Shown here: positions 32,353 through 40,756 of the stretch, piece after piece
Layout of the letters: every line of letters starts with the position of its first letter
How positions within the stretch are numbered: the first letter of the stretch is position 1
From: Bacillota bacterium
GTDB lineage: Bacteria; Bacillota; Clostridia; Christensenellales; CAMQZB01
DNA length: 64,000 nt
Direction of reading: 5' to 3'
NCBI GenBank assembly: GCA_044426085.1
Contig: JAWXUU010000005.1
Span: forward strand, 40,598 to 104,597
Made by a program: the position numbers and the translations under genes
The notes under the pieces: generated by a model
Databases searched by the model: none
What the model was told of the DNA's origin: nothing
What the model saw: the letters and a program-made list of their open reading frames with translations, nothing else

Positions 32353-33810
32353 ATGATTGACAAGAATCACGTAATCATTGATTTAAAAAGCATCACTAAA
32401 AGCTTTGGTGATTTTCACGCGGTAAAGGATTTGAGCCTTTTTGTGAGAAAGGGTGAATTTATCACTTTGCTTGGACCATCTGGTTGTGGCAAGACAACAA
32501 CGCTTCGCATACTTGCGGGTTTTGATATGCCAACTTCTGGTTCGGTTATCATCGATGGTGAAGATTTCACGTCAGTGCCTCCCCACCTTCGCCCTGTCAA
32601 CACTGTTTTCCAAAGATACGCACTTTTCCCACACCTTAATGTTTACGATAACATTGCGTTTGGATTGAAGCTAAAAAAATGGGATTCTGATAGAATTGAA
32701 AAGAAAGTCAACTACGTTTTGAAAGTTGTTGGCATGACTGATTATGAAGATAGGGATGTGGCTTCTCTTTCTGGCGGACAACAACAGCGTGTTGCAATTG
32801 CCCGCGCGATTGCAAACGAGCCACAAATCTTGCTTTTGGATGAGCCACTTGGTGCGCTTGATTTGAAGATGAGAAAAGATATGCAACTTGAACTTATCAA
32901 AATGCATAACGAACTTGGAATCACTTTCCTTTATGTGACGCACGATCAAGAAGAAGCGCTCACAATGAGCGATGTTATTGTGGTTATGAACGAAGGTGTT
33001 ATCCAACAAATCGGAAAGCCAACTGATATTTATAACGAACCTATCAATGCGTTTGTTGCCGACTTCATTGGCGACAGCAACATTTTGTCGGGCACGATGA
33101 AAAAGGACTATCTTGTTCATTTCGACGGCGTGGATGTTGAATGTGTTGACGGCGGATTTGAAGAAAACGAACCTGTGGACGTTGTTATTCGTCCAGAGGA
33201 TATATATATTGTTGATAGAACAATGAAAGAAGGCTATCATCACGGCGAAGTTATCTCTTGCATATTCAAAGGTGTGCATTATGAAATGGGCGTGAAAACA
33301 GAAAGCACAACAGAATATTATGTTCAAGATACAAAAGCTCGCCAAATCGGCGAACAAGTAAGCATATATGTGGATAGCGAAGATATTCACATCATGCATA
33401 AAATGCACCTCACAAACACTTTCAGTGGTGTTGTTTCTGATTTCTGCGAAGTGGAATTTGCCGGCGAAGTTTTCGATTGCAACACAAACCAACTTGCAAA
33501 AGGTGCAACTCTTTCGGAAGATAAACGCCCAATCGATGCAAGCGGAAACGAAATCAGCTTCAAGGGTGATAAAGTGAAAGTGGAAATCGACTTTGCAGAT
33601 GTGGAACTTACTGATAACCAAGAAGAAGGCACACTTGCAGGTGAAATCAAAACGATTCTTTTCAAGGGCAACCACTATCACCTTGGCGTGAAAACTGAAT
33701 ATGGCGACATGTTTTATGTGGACACAACAGATGTTTGGGACGACGGCGACAGAGTTGGTATCAAAATCCACCCTGAAAAAATCCGCCTATGCCACAGCGA
33801 GGTAGAATGA
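32353..33810 (+). CDS. potA: Spermidine/putrescine ABC transporter ATPase with an extended C-terminus
   Basis: Walker [10 protein letters not shown], signature LSGGQQQR, Walker B LLLDEP. 485 aa, with two TOBE-like C-terminal segments. Confidence 0.85.
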   Translation: MIDKNHVIIDLKSITKSFGDFHAVKDLSLFVRKGEFITLLGPSGCGKTTTLRILAGFDMPTSGSVIIDGEDFTSVPPHLRPVNTVFQRYALFPHLNVYDNIAFGLKLKKWDSDRIEKKVNYVLKVVGMTDYEDRDVASLSGGQQQRVAIARAIANEPQILLLDEPLGALDLKMRKDMQLELIKMHNELGITFLYVTHDQEEALTMSDVIVVMNEGVIQQIGKPTDIYNEPINAFVADFIGDSNILSGTMKKDYLVHFDGVDVECVDGGFEENEPVDVVIRPEDIYIVDRTMKEGYHHGEVISCIFKGVHYEMGVKTESTTEYYVQDTKARQIGEQVSIYVDSEDIHIMHKMHLTNTFSGVVSDFCEVEFAGEVFDCNTNQLAKGATLSEDKRPIDASGNEISFKGDKVKVEIDFADVELTDNQEEGTLAGEIKTILFKGNHYHLGVKTEYGDMFYVDTTDVWDDGDRVGIKIHPEKIRLCHSEVE

Positions 33811-34586
33811 TGAAATTCAAAAGAAAGTATTTGGGATTCCCATATGTGGCGTTCCTGCTTTTGTTTGTGGTGCTTCCATTGATATTTATTTTGTGGTATG
33901 CATTCACAGATTCGCAAGGTAACTTCACCGTTTCAAACTTCACTTATTTCTTCACGAATTCCGAAGCTTTGAACGCACTTATATATTCACTTTATATCGC
34001 GCTTGCAACAACGGGGCTTTGCCTTGTTATTGCGTATCCAGTTGCGATGATACTATCAAACAAGAAATTTAACAATTCCAGCCTTATGATTGTACTTTTC
34101 ATTTTGCCTATGTGGATGAATTTTCTTTTGAGAACTCTTTCTATTAGGGAAATGTTTTGGGCATTTAATATGAACCTTGGCGAGCTTACAACCATTATTG
34201 GTATGGTTTATAACTTCCTTCCGTTCATGATTTTGCCTATATATACAACTCTTCTAAAAATGGATAAATCTCTTATCGAAGCCGCCGAAGATTTGGGGGC
34301 AAAACCAGCAGAAGTTTTCTTGAAGGTGACTTTTCCCCTTTCAATCCCTGGTGTGGTCAGCGGAATTCTCATGGTGTTTATGCCAACGATTTCCACTTTC
34401 GTCATATCAGACTTGCTAAGCGTGGGAAGAATCCAACTTCTTGGAAACCTTATCAACTTGTATTTCACAACTGGTAATAACTGGCATCTTGGCAGTGCGA
34501 TTGCACTTCTCATGCTTGTGCTTATCGGTATCACGATGCTACTTTCAGGAAAAGATGAAAGTGGCGAAAGGGGGTCTTTATGGTAA
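33807..34586 (+). CDS. potB: Spermidine/putrescine ABC transporter permease
   Basis: ATGA overlap with potA; EAA-type loop [15 protein letters not shown]. Confidence 0.85.
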   Translation: MMKFKRKYLGFPYVAFLLLFVVLPLIFILWYAFTDSQGNFTVSNFTYFFTNSEALNALIYSLYIALATTGLCLVIAYPVAMILSNKKFNNSSLMIVLFILPMWMNFLLRTLSIREMFWAFNMNLGELTTIIGMVYNFLPFMILPIYTTLLKMDKSLIEAAEDLGAKPAEVFLKVTFPLSIPGVVSGILMVFMPTISTFVISDLLSVGRIQLLGNLINLYFTTGNNWHLGSAIALLMLVLIGITMLLSGKDESGERGSLW

Positions 34587-35371
34587 AGAAAATATCAGCA
34601 TGGGTGTATATCGCCTTGGTGCTTTGCTTTATATATCTCCCTATTGCAACAATCATGGTCTATTCTTTCACAACATCGAAAGTTATCGGAACGTGGACAG
34701 GTTTTTCATTCGAACTTTATAAAGAACTTTTTGTGGGTTCTTCAAGCGAAGCAATATTGCAAGCGTTCAGAAACACTATCGTTTTGGGGCTTAGTGCCGC
34801 AACGATTTCAACGTTTTTGGGCACTATTGCGTCGATTGGTATTTTCACAATGAAGGGCAGTGCGAAAAAGAAAGTCTTGTCGCTAAACCAAATCCCAATC
34901 TTGAATGCCGATATCGTGACGGGTGTTGCGCTTATGTTGTTTTTTGTTGTGCTTGGTGTTTCAAGAGGTTTTTTCACCATCTTGATTGCACATATCGTCA
35001 TATGCACACCTTTTGTTGTGCTCGCGATTATGCCAAAGCTGAAACAAATGGACGGCTCGCTTTATGAGGCGGCGTGCGACCTTGGTGCAAAGCCACTTCA
35101 AGTGATTCACAAAGTTATCGTTCCGCAAATTTTGCCGGGGATTTTGTCTGGGTTTATGCTTGCGTTCACCCTTTCAATCGACGATTTTGTAATCACTATA
35201 TTCAACAACGGAAGCTTCCAAACACTTTCAACATATATCTATGCCGACGCAAAAAAAGGCGGACTCACGCCAAGCTTGCGCGCACTTTCAACACTGATTT
35301 TTGTTTTTGTGCTAACTATGCTTCTCATTGTTAACATAAGAAAGAGCAAGGATGAAAAGAAAAACAAATAA
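34580..35371 (+). CDS. potC: Spermidine/putrescine ABC transporter permease
   Basis: Overlaps potB; loop YEAACDLGAKPLQV. Confidence 0.85.
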   Translation: MVKKISAWVYIALVLCFIYLPIATIMVYSFTTSKVIGTWTGFSFELYKELFVGSSSEAILQAFRNTIVLGLSAATISTFLGTIASIGIFTMKGSAKKKVLSLNQIPILNADIVTGVALMLFFVVLGVSRGFFTILIAHIVICTPFVVLAIMPKLKQMDGSLYEAACDLGAKPLQVIHKVIVPQILPGILSGFMLAFTLSIDDFVITIFNNGSFQTLSTYIYADAKKGGLTPSLRALSTLIFVFVLTMLLIVNIRKSKDEKKNK

Positions 35372-35532
35372 TACAAACAAATAATACAAACAAAATAAAC
35401 AAACGAAATAAATAAAACCAAAATAAGAGAAAAGAAGAAACAAACAAAGACAATTTGAAAAGAAAAGTTTTTAAATCACGAAAAGAAAAGAAAAAAGTAA
35501 AAAGAAAAAGTAAAAATTAATGAGGAAGTAAA

Positions 35533-36933
35533 ATGAAAAAAATTATTATTCTAATTTTGATACTATGCCTGACGCTGAGCATGTTTGCGGGTTGCGGAAA
35601 TGAAGACAGAAGCACAATATTGAAAGTTTATAACTGGGCGGATTATATCGATGAAGATCTTATCGACGAATTCGAAGCGTACTATTTTGAAAAATACGGT
35701 ATCGAACTTACAGTTCAATACGACACGTTCGATACAAATGAAATCATGTATAACAAAATTGCACAAGCAAAAGAAGACTACGACGTTGCTTGCCCATCAG
35801 AATACATGATTGAAAGAATGCTTAATAACGACTTGCTTATCCCAATCGACCAAGATATCATCGATGGCATCTATGCGGAAAATGTTCCACAGTTCATCAT
35901 TGATAACTTTGCGGAAATGGCTGTCAAAGATGGCGAAACTTATGCCGCAGGTTATATGTGGGGAACGATTGGTATTATGTATAACAAAAACGAAGTTTCA
36001 CTTGAACAGCTTGAAGCAGAAGGTTGGGGAATTTTGTGGGATACAGATTATTCAAACAAAATCTTCATGAAAGATTCAATAAGAGATACTTTCGCAGTTG
36101 GTAACCTCTACGCTTTCGAAGATGAATATAACGCACTTCTCGATAGCTACAACGCGGGTGAAATCACAGCGGAAGAATATGAAAATGCATTTTCTGAAAT
36201 CTTCAACGACACTTCAGCTGAAACAATCGCTGCAGTGGAAGCGGTTTTGACGGAGCAAAAAACATCAGTAAACGCAATGTATGATGTAGACTATGATAAA
36301 GACGCTATGGTTAATGGCACAGCATACCTAGACGTTGCTTGGAGCGGAGACGCTATGTGGGCAATTTGGGAAGCTGAAGAAGCAGACAACGGCGTAGAGC
36401 TTGGCTACTACATTCCGACAAGCGGAACAAACATTTGGTTCGACGGTTGGATTATCCCAGCATATGCGGGCAATGTTCAAGCGGCAAACGAATGGATTGC
36501 TTTCATGCTTGAAGAAGAATCTGCAATCGCAAATATGGACTATATCGGATACACTTCTGTTGTTGCAGGAACAACTGGCGAAGTTTTGGAATACGTTGAA
36601 GAATACGCGTTCGAAGATGACGACGCAATCGACGCAGAATACTTCTTTGGCGATGATGCACACAATGTTGTTTTGAACTCTACAATGTATCCAGATTCTT
36701 CAATCGTTTTGTCAGCTGGCGTGATGAGAGACTTCGGTGGCGCAGACGACGCAGTGACAGAAATGTGGACAAGACTTAAAGGAAACGAAATTTCTTGGAC
36801 AGTTATCATCGTTATCGCTGTGGTTGTTATCGCAGGTGTTGCTGTGGTTGTTTTGAAAGTTAAAAAGAACGCAAAAAAGAAATCAAAATCTAAATCAAAA
36901 TCAAAGAAAAAATCAGGATATACGCCTGAATAA
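35533..36933 (+). CDS. potD: Polyamine-binding lipoprotein (PotD-like) with an extra C-terminal TM helix and a Lys/Ser tail
   Basis: Lipobox LSMFAGC. PotD-like body. C-terminus WTVIIVIAVVVIAGVAVVVL then KVKKNAKKKSKSKSKSKKK. Confidence 0.75.
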   Translation: MKKIIILILILCLTLSMFAGCGNEDRSTILKVYNWADYIDEDLIDEFEAYYFEKYGIELTVQYDTFDTNEIMYNKIAQAKEDYDVACPSEYMIERMLNNDLLIPIDQDIIDGIYAENVPQFIIDNFAEMAVKDGETYAAGYMWGTIGIMYNKNEVSLEQLEAEGWGILWDTDYSNKIFMKDSIRDTFAVGNLYAFEDEYNALLDSYNAGEITAEEYENAFSEIFNDTSAETIAAVEAVLTEQKTSVNAMYDVDYDKDAMVNGTAYLDVAWSGDAMWAIWEAEEADNGVELGYYIPTSGTNIWFDGWIIPAYAGNVQAANEWIAFMLEEESAIANMDYIGYTSVVAGTTGEVLEYVEEYAFEDDDAIDAEYFFGDDAHNVVLNSTMYPDSSIVLSAGVMRDFGGADDAVTEMWTRLKGNEISWTVIIVIAVVVIAGVAVVVLKVKKNAKKKSKSKSKSKKKSGYTPE

Positions 36934-36961
36934 GAAAGAGGTGGCAGTGCCACCTTTTTCT
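36934..36961 (+). terminator. potD terminator
   Basis: AGGTGGCA/TGCCACCT hairpin plus a T-run. Confidence 0.65.
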
Positions 36962-36966
36962 TATTT

Positions 36967-37173
36967 AATTAAAAATTAAAAACAGGCTTCGCTCTGCGAG
37001 CTCGATAAAAATTGAAAATTGTGGTAAGCACGGGAGCGAAGCTCCCTGTGCATTCAATTATTAGATACAACAGTAAAAGAGTTACGATTAACAAGTAATG
37101 CTCCTATATAAATTTCTAACTAATAGTATGCACGAACGCAGTGAGTGCGTTACTACAATTTTCCATTTTCAAT
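36967..37173. mobile_element. MITE/REP-like element, copy C (left outer module present, different core)
   Basis: AATTAAAAATTAAAAACAGGCTTCGCTCTGCGAGCTCGATAAAAATTGAAAATTGTGGTAAGCACGGGAGCGAAGCTCCCTGTGCATTCAAT ... GCACGAACGCAGTGAGTGCGTTACTACAATTTTCCATTTTCAATT. Confidence 0.7.
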
Positions 37174-37238
37174 TATACAATCGCTTTGACTTTGATTACG
37201 AAACATGTTATACTGTATCCACGAAAGGGGGAGTTATT

Positions 37239-37640
37239 ATGAAGGAAAAATATTTGGAACTTTTTGAAATGGCTTGCGAGGCGAGAACTCGTGCTTATGT
37301 GCCTTATTCTGGTTATTCGGTGGGGGCTGCATTGCTTTGCAAAAACGGCAAGATATTTCTTGGTTGCAACATAGAAAATTCTGCGTTCACCCCAACATCT
37401 TGTGCTGAAAGAACTGCTATTTTCAAAGCGGTTTCAGAATGCGAAAGAGAATTCGAAGCAATCGCTGTGGTCGCTGGCAAGGATAAACTTGAACCGCCAT
37501 CACCTTGCGGGGTATGCCGTCAAGTCATGCTTGAATTTTGCGACGATAATTTCGAAGTGATTTTGGGAACATGTGTGGAAGATTTGTATGTCACAACACT
37601 AGGTGATCTCATTCCAAATTCTTTCAGAACATATAAATAA
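37239..37640 (+). CDS. cdd: Cytidine deaminase
   Basis: CAERTAIF and PCGVCRQVMLEF zinc-binding motifs. Start at MKEKYL (GGGGGAG RBS). Confidence 0.9.
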   Translation: MKEKYLELFEMACEARTRAYVPYSGYSVGAALLCKNGKIFLGCNIENSAFTPTSCAERTAIFKAVSECEREFEAIAVVAGKDKLEPPSPCGVCRQVMLEFCDDNFEVILGTCVEDLYVTTLGDLIPNSFRTYK

Positions 37641-37732
37641 GCTACCCGAAAAAATAAACAAAGAAAACAAAATATATAAAATCAAATATATATATGCGAA
37701 AACAAAACATGTAAAATCAAATATCGAAAAAT

Positions 37733-37764
37733 AAAAAAGCTGAGCAACAATTGCTCAGTTTTTT
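37733..37764 (+). terminator. cdd terminator
   Basis: CTGAGCAA-CAA-TTGCTCAG plus TTTTTT. Confidence 0.8.
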
Positions 37765-37944
37765 CAATTTCAAACCGGTGTGAGGTTTGATTGGCAAGTG
37801 AGGATTGCCGTGCTATAAGTTTTGTTGGCGTGTGATGCCAAAGTGAAAAGGCACTTGTGTGGAGTGGATTTTCGTGTGGTTAAAATATCTATTAAGGATG
37901 TTATAAATATATGCAATAAGGATAAAATTATGTGCATAATGTAT

Positions 37945-38409
37945 CTAAATTTCAAGTGTGTGGCTTGAAAAATATTCTGGTGGTGGCATTTTGATTTCCG
38001 CTTTAGAAGCAAAGAATTTCAAATTCTTTTCGTATTCCATTCGTTCAATCAATAAAACTTCAAGATAACTTGAAGCGTATGATAAAATTTCATCAAGATA
38101 TCTGTGATATGTGCGCGGGGAAATATCAAGCTTTTTGCAAGTTTTTGCCCGCTTGTGTCGCAAGAAATATCGCGACTTTATTATGTATCGCTTGTTTTCG
38201 CGAAAGTATCGGTATGTTTTTTGCACAACTTTGCTCATCATGATGTTCAAAAAATCAGCAGTTCCAAATTCTTCGTCCCCCGAATAAAGCAGAGCACTGT
38301 TGAATGGATACATAGTGTTTGTGAAAGCGACTAACTTTTTCGAACATGTGTTGAAATGTTCATCGTAATGAAAAAAATAGTATTCAATAAGTTTTTTGTT
38401 GGCGTTCAT
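37945..38409 (-). CDS. ArpU/RinA-like phage transcriptional regulator (sigma region-4-like HTH)
   Basis: 154 aa; C-terminal HTH LDISPRTYHRYLDEILSYAS. Confidence 0.5.
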   Translation of the reverse strand: MNANKKLIEYYFFHYDEHFNTCSKKLVAFTNTMYPFNSALLYSGDEEFGTADFLNIMMSKVVQKTYRYFRENKRYIIKSRYFLRHKRAKTCKKLDISPRTYHRYLDEILSYASSYLEVLLIERMEYEKNLKFFASKAEIKMPPPEYFSSHTLEI

Positions 38410-38651
38410 AAATGTTCACCCCCAAAAGACATCTTTGCATCATCGGAAAAAACCGTCAGCATTTCTTCGTTAAAATGTTGGAAAAATTCCCAGAAAAAAT
38501 TGTTGATTAAGTATTCTAGTAATGCAGTAGTATTTTTGTTTGCCTCAATTCCAAATGAATCTATAAGTTCCTTTTTCATCGCTTTTTTAATGCTGTTCTT
38601 TGGCACGTCGTATTCAAATGGAATCTCAAATTGATATTTGAGCTTTGCCAT
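38406..38651 (-). CDS. Hypothetical 81-aa protein
   Basis: ATGA overlap with the downstream ArpU-like gene; AAGGAAGG RBS. Confidence 0.45.
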   Translation of the reverse strand: MAKLKYQFEIPFEYDVPKNSIKKAMKKELIDSFGIEANKNTTALLEYLINNFFWEFFQHFNEEMLTVFSDDAKMSFGGEHL

Positions 38652-38713
38652 TTTATCACCTTCCTTTTTCCTTTTGGGCTGTAAAAATTTCTTTTTATCT
38701 TTCGTATGTTTGT

Positions 38714-38733
38714 ATGACCGAAATCACGGTCAT
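38714..38733. promoter_or_regulatory. Palindrome ATGACCG-N6-CGGTCAT (candidate operator) in the divergent control region
   Basis: Perfect 7-bp arms. An extra half-site CGGTCAT lies near 38887. A second palindrome TCGCTAA-AAAA-TTAGCGA lies at 38738-38755. Confidence 0.4.
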
Positions 38734-38947
38734 ATTATCGCTAAAAAATTAGCGAAAAGAATTGTGGGCACGCTGTTCCATGGCGTTTTCACATCAAACA
38801 CATCGCAAGGGCAGGAAAAGTTGAAAGGACTTGATGTTGTGGGGCTTTAAGCACCTTGTGATTAAATGTATTATATACGATATTTCGGTCATTGTCAAGA
38901 GTTTTTTGTGTTTTTTTACGAATTTTCGTAATATTTTTTCAAAATGC

Positions 38948-38976
38948 TTGCAAAAGCGGTAATTTTGTGATAGTAT
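38948..38976 (+). promoter_or_regulatory. Promoter of the repressor gene
   Basis: TTGCAA, 17-nt spacer, TAGTAT. Confidence 0.5.
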
Positions 38977-39022
38977 ATGTGTGAGAAGTTGTGAAAAGTT
39001 GCAACTTCAAAGGAAATATATT

Positions 39023-39781
39023 ATGGATATACAAATCAAAATAAGGGAATACATAAAATATAACAAGATGTCCTTTCGCGAGTTTGCGAAACTTGCGGGG
39101 CTTCCGAATTCCACATTGCAATCCATTTGCGAGCGTGGCATTGGGTCGGCAAGTTTTTTGAACGCTTCAAAGATTGCAAAAGTTTTAGGGGTTTCTCTTT
39201 CTGATTTTGAAACTTTCAACGGCGATTTTTCCGCATCTGATAGCGAACAAAACATGATTTTGAAATACAGAAGTATCGACAGTCGCGGTAAGCAATCTGT
39301 TGATGCTGTGCTTTTGCATGAATTTGCAAGGGTGGAAACTTTCGCTGTGAAAGATGCCCCTGCCGCTTATTCTTTTGATAAGAAAAAGGCGAATTATATT
39401 AATATAGAAAAAAGAGCGCCAAAACTTTCCACTGTCAAGATTTTCTTGCAACCTGCCGCCGCGGGATATGGCAACTATCTCGACGATGAATATTTTGAAG
39501 AACTCGAACTTGAAAATGTTCCCGCATCCGCCGATTTTGGCGTGCGAATCGCAGGTGACAGCATGCAACCAAAAATCTGCGATGGCGATATAGCATTCGT
39601 GAAAAAACAAGAAACCATCCAAGAAGGTGAAATCGGTATATACATCATCGATGGCGACGCTTTCTGTAAAAAACTAATCAAAAAACAAGGGGAGTTTTAT
39701 CTCCATTCCCTAAACGAAAAATACGACGATTTCATCCTCCCGCAAAATGCATACGTGGTTGGAAAAGTTGTGCAAATTTGA
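39023..39781 (+). CDS. CI/LexA-like repressor (XRE HTH plus S24 peptidase domain)
   Basis: HTH MSFREFAKLAGLPNSTLQSICERG. S24 motif GDSMQP...IAFVKK...GEIGIYIIDGDAFCKKL. Confidence 0.85.
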   Translation: MDIQIKIREYIKYNKMSFREFAKLAGLPNSTLQSICERGIGSASFLNASKIAKVLGVSLSDFETFNGDFSASDSEQNMILKYRSIDSRGKQSVDAVLLHEFARVETFAVKDAPAAYSFDKKKANYINIEKRAPKLSTVKIFLQPAAAGYGNYLDDEYFEELELENVPASADFGVRIAGDSMQPKICDGDIAFVKKQETIQEGEIGIYIIDGDAFCKKLIKKQGEFYLHSLNEKYDDFILPQNAYVVGKVVQI

Positions 39782-39830
39782 GCAAAGCCAAATTTGTAAG
39801 GAAAAAGAAAAAGTAAAAGTAAGCCAATAT

Positions 39831-39868
39831 AAAAAAGGAGTGTACAAACAACTTGTGCACTCCTTTTT
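39831..39868 (+). terminator. Repressor gene terminator
   Basis: GGAGTGTACAA/TTGTGCACTCC hairpin plus a T-run. Confidence 0.7.
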
Positions 39869-39887
39869 CATATACTCTACTTAAAAT

Positions 39888-39978
39888 ATTGAATGCACAG
39901 GGAGCTTGCTCACGTGCTTACCTCAATTTTTAATTTTTATCGAGCTCGCAGAGCGAAGCCTGTTTTAAATTTTTAATT
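39888..39978. mobile_element. MITE/REP-like element, copy D (half element, inverted relative to the left half of copy C)
   Basis: Its reverse complement aligns at ~93% (by eye) with 36967-37055. Confidence 0.7.
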
Positions 39979-40022
39979 AAAAAAGAAGGTGGCAAAATTC
40001 CATTTTGCCACCTTCTTTTTTT
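39979..40022. terminator. Bidirectional hairpin terminator
   Basis: GAAGGTGGCAAAAT-TCC-ATTTTGCCACCTTC flanked by A- and T-runs. Confidence 0.7.
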
Positions 40023-40051
40023 GTCGTTTTTTGCGAAAAAGTGACTTGCAT

Positions 40052-40207
40052 TGTGCCATTTTTCGCATTTGATAAAAAAAATGTGTGCCAATTTAATTAT
40101 TTTTTTGTGCCACAAATTTTTTTTCAATCCCTTATTCAAAAAAGCCAAAGTGGGGATGAAAAAAATCAGTTTTGTGCCATTTGATTTTCCCAAAAGTGCC
40201 ATGGCAC
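40052..40207 (+). promoter_or_regulatory. Array of five (T)GTGCCA motifs upstream of terS (candidate late-promoter activator sites or pac/terS sites)
   Basis: TGTGCCA at 40052, 40084, 40106 and 40173; the palindrome GTGCCATGGCAC at 40196-40207. Confidence 0.55.
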
Positions 40208-40263
40208 GCACAAAAGTTTTTTTTAGTATATGATATTAGGGAAGTAGCAAGGAGGTGAAGTAA

Positions 40264-40560
40264 ATGTCAGTTTCGCAAGATGAAAAAAGGGACAAGCGTG
40301 TGGAAGACGCACTTTTCAAAAGGTGCATTGGATACGATAAAAATGTTTCTAAGCCGATAAAGCTCAAGCGAATCACATATTCCGAATCGGGGCGAAAGCT
40401 TGCCGAAGAAGAATTTGTTGAATACGCAAAGGAGAGCAAGTATATCGAACCAAACGTTTCGGCAATCGCGATGTATCTAAAAAATCGCATGCCAAACAAG
40501 TGGGGAAATATGCCGGATGCGGAACTCACGCAGATTGCACTTGAAGTTTTGGAAGATTAG
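40264..40560 (+). CDS. terS: Terminase small subunit
   Basis: 98 aa directly upstream of terL. The C-terminal pattern AIAMYLKNRMPNKWGN resembles the conserved (F)WLKNRRPxxW motif of Firmicute phage small terminases. Confidence 0.65.
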   Translation: MSVSQDEKRDKRVEDALFKRCIGYDKNVSKPIKLKRITYSESGRKLAEEEFVEYAKESKYIEPNVSAIAMYLKNRMPNKWGNMPDAELTQIALEVLED

Positions 40561-40646
40561 TTGCTAGGGCTAAACAAAAATGCTCCATGCGGGAGAAATC
40601 ATAAAAATAAAACCAGTAACTATCAAAAAAACAGCAAGGCAAAACG

Positions 40647-40747
40647 CTTTAAATCAAACTTCAAAAATCAAATCCAAAACCCAAAACCCAAACCAAAAGA
40701 CCAAACCAAAAACCCAAAATCCCAAACCAAAACCCAAATCAAAAAAA
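40647..40747 (+). repeat. 101-nt A/C-only tract (one G) with CCAAAA/CCCAAA repeats between terS and terL
   Basis: AAATCCAAAACCCAAAACCCAAACCAAAAGACCAAACCAAAAACCCAAAATCCCAAACCAAAACCCAAATC. Confidence 0.8.
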
Positions 40748-40756
40748 GGAGGACTT

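Noticed and set aside
32671-33771. 366-aa minus-strand ORF opposite potA
   Set aside because: potA on the plus strand has complete Walker A, signature and Walker B motifs. The antisense product is Phe/Cys/His/Asn-rich with no motifs, so it is a typical shadow ORF. The same reasoning applies to 24593-25153 (opposite the acyl-CoA synthetase), 27730-28182 (opposite rho) and 63469-63969 (opposite plsX).
38638-38850. 70-aa plus-strand ORF in the divergent control region of the phage-like element
   Set aside because: It has no RBS and spans the palindromic operator candidates. It would also overlap the start of the minus-strand operon.
40580-40756. Longer terL start giving a Lys/Pro/Thr/Gln-rich N-terminal extension
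   Set aside because: The extension is just the translation of the A/C-only tract. AAAGGAGG sits at the correct distance from ATG 40757, and the Walker A motif lies ~40 residues after that start.
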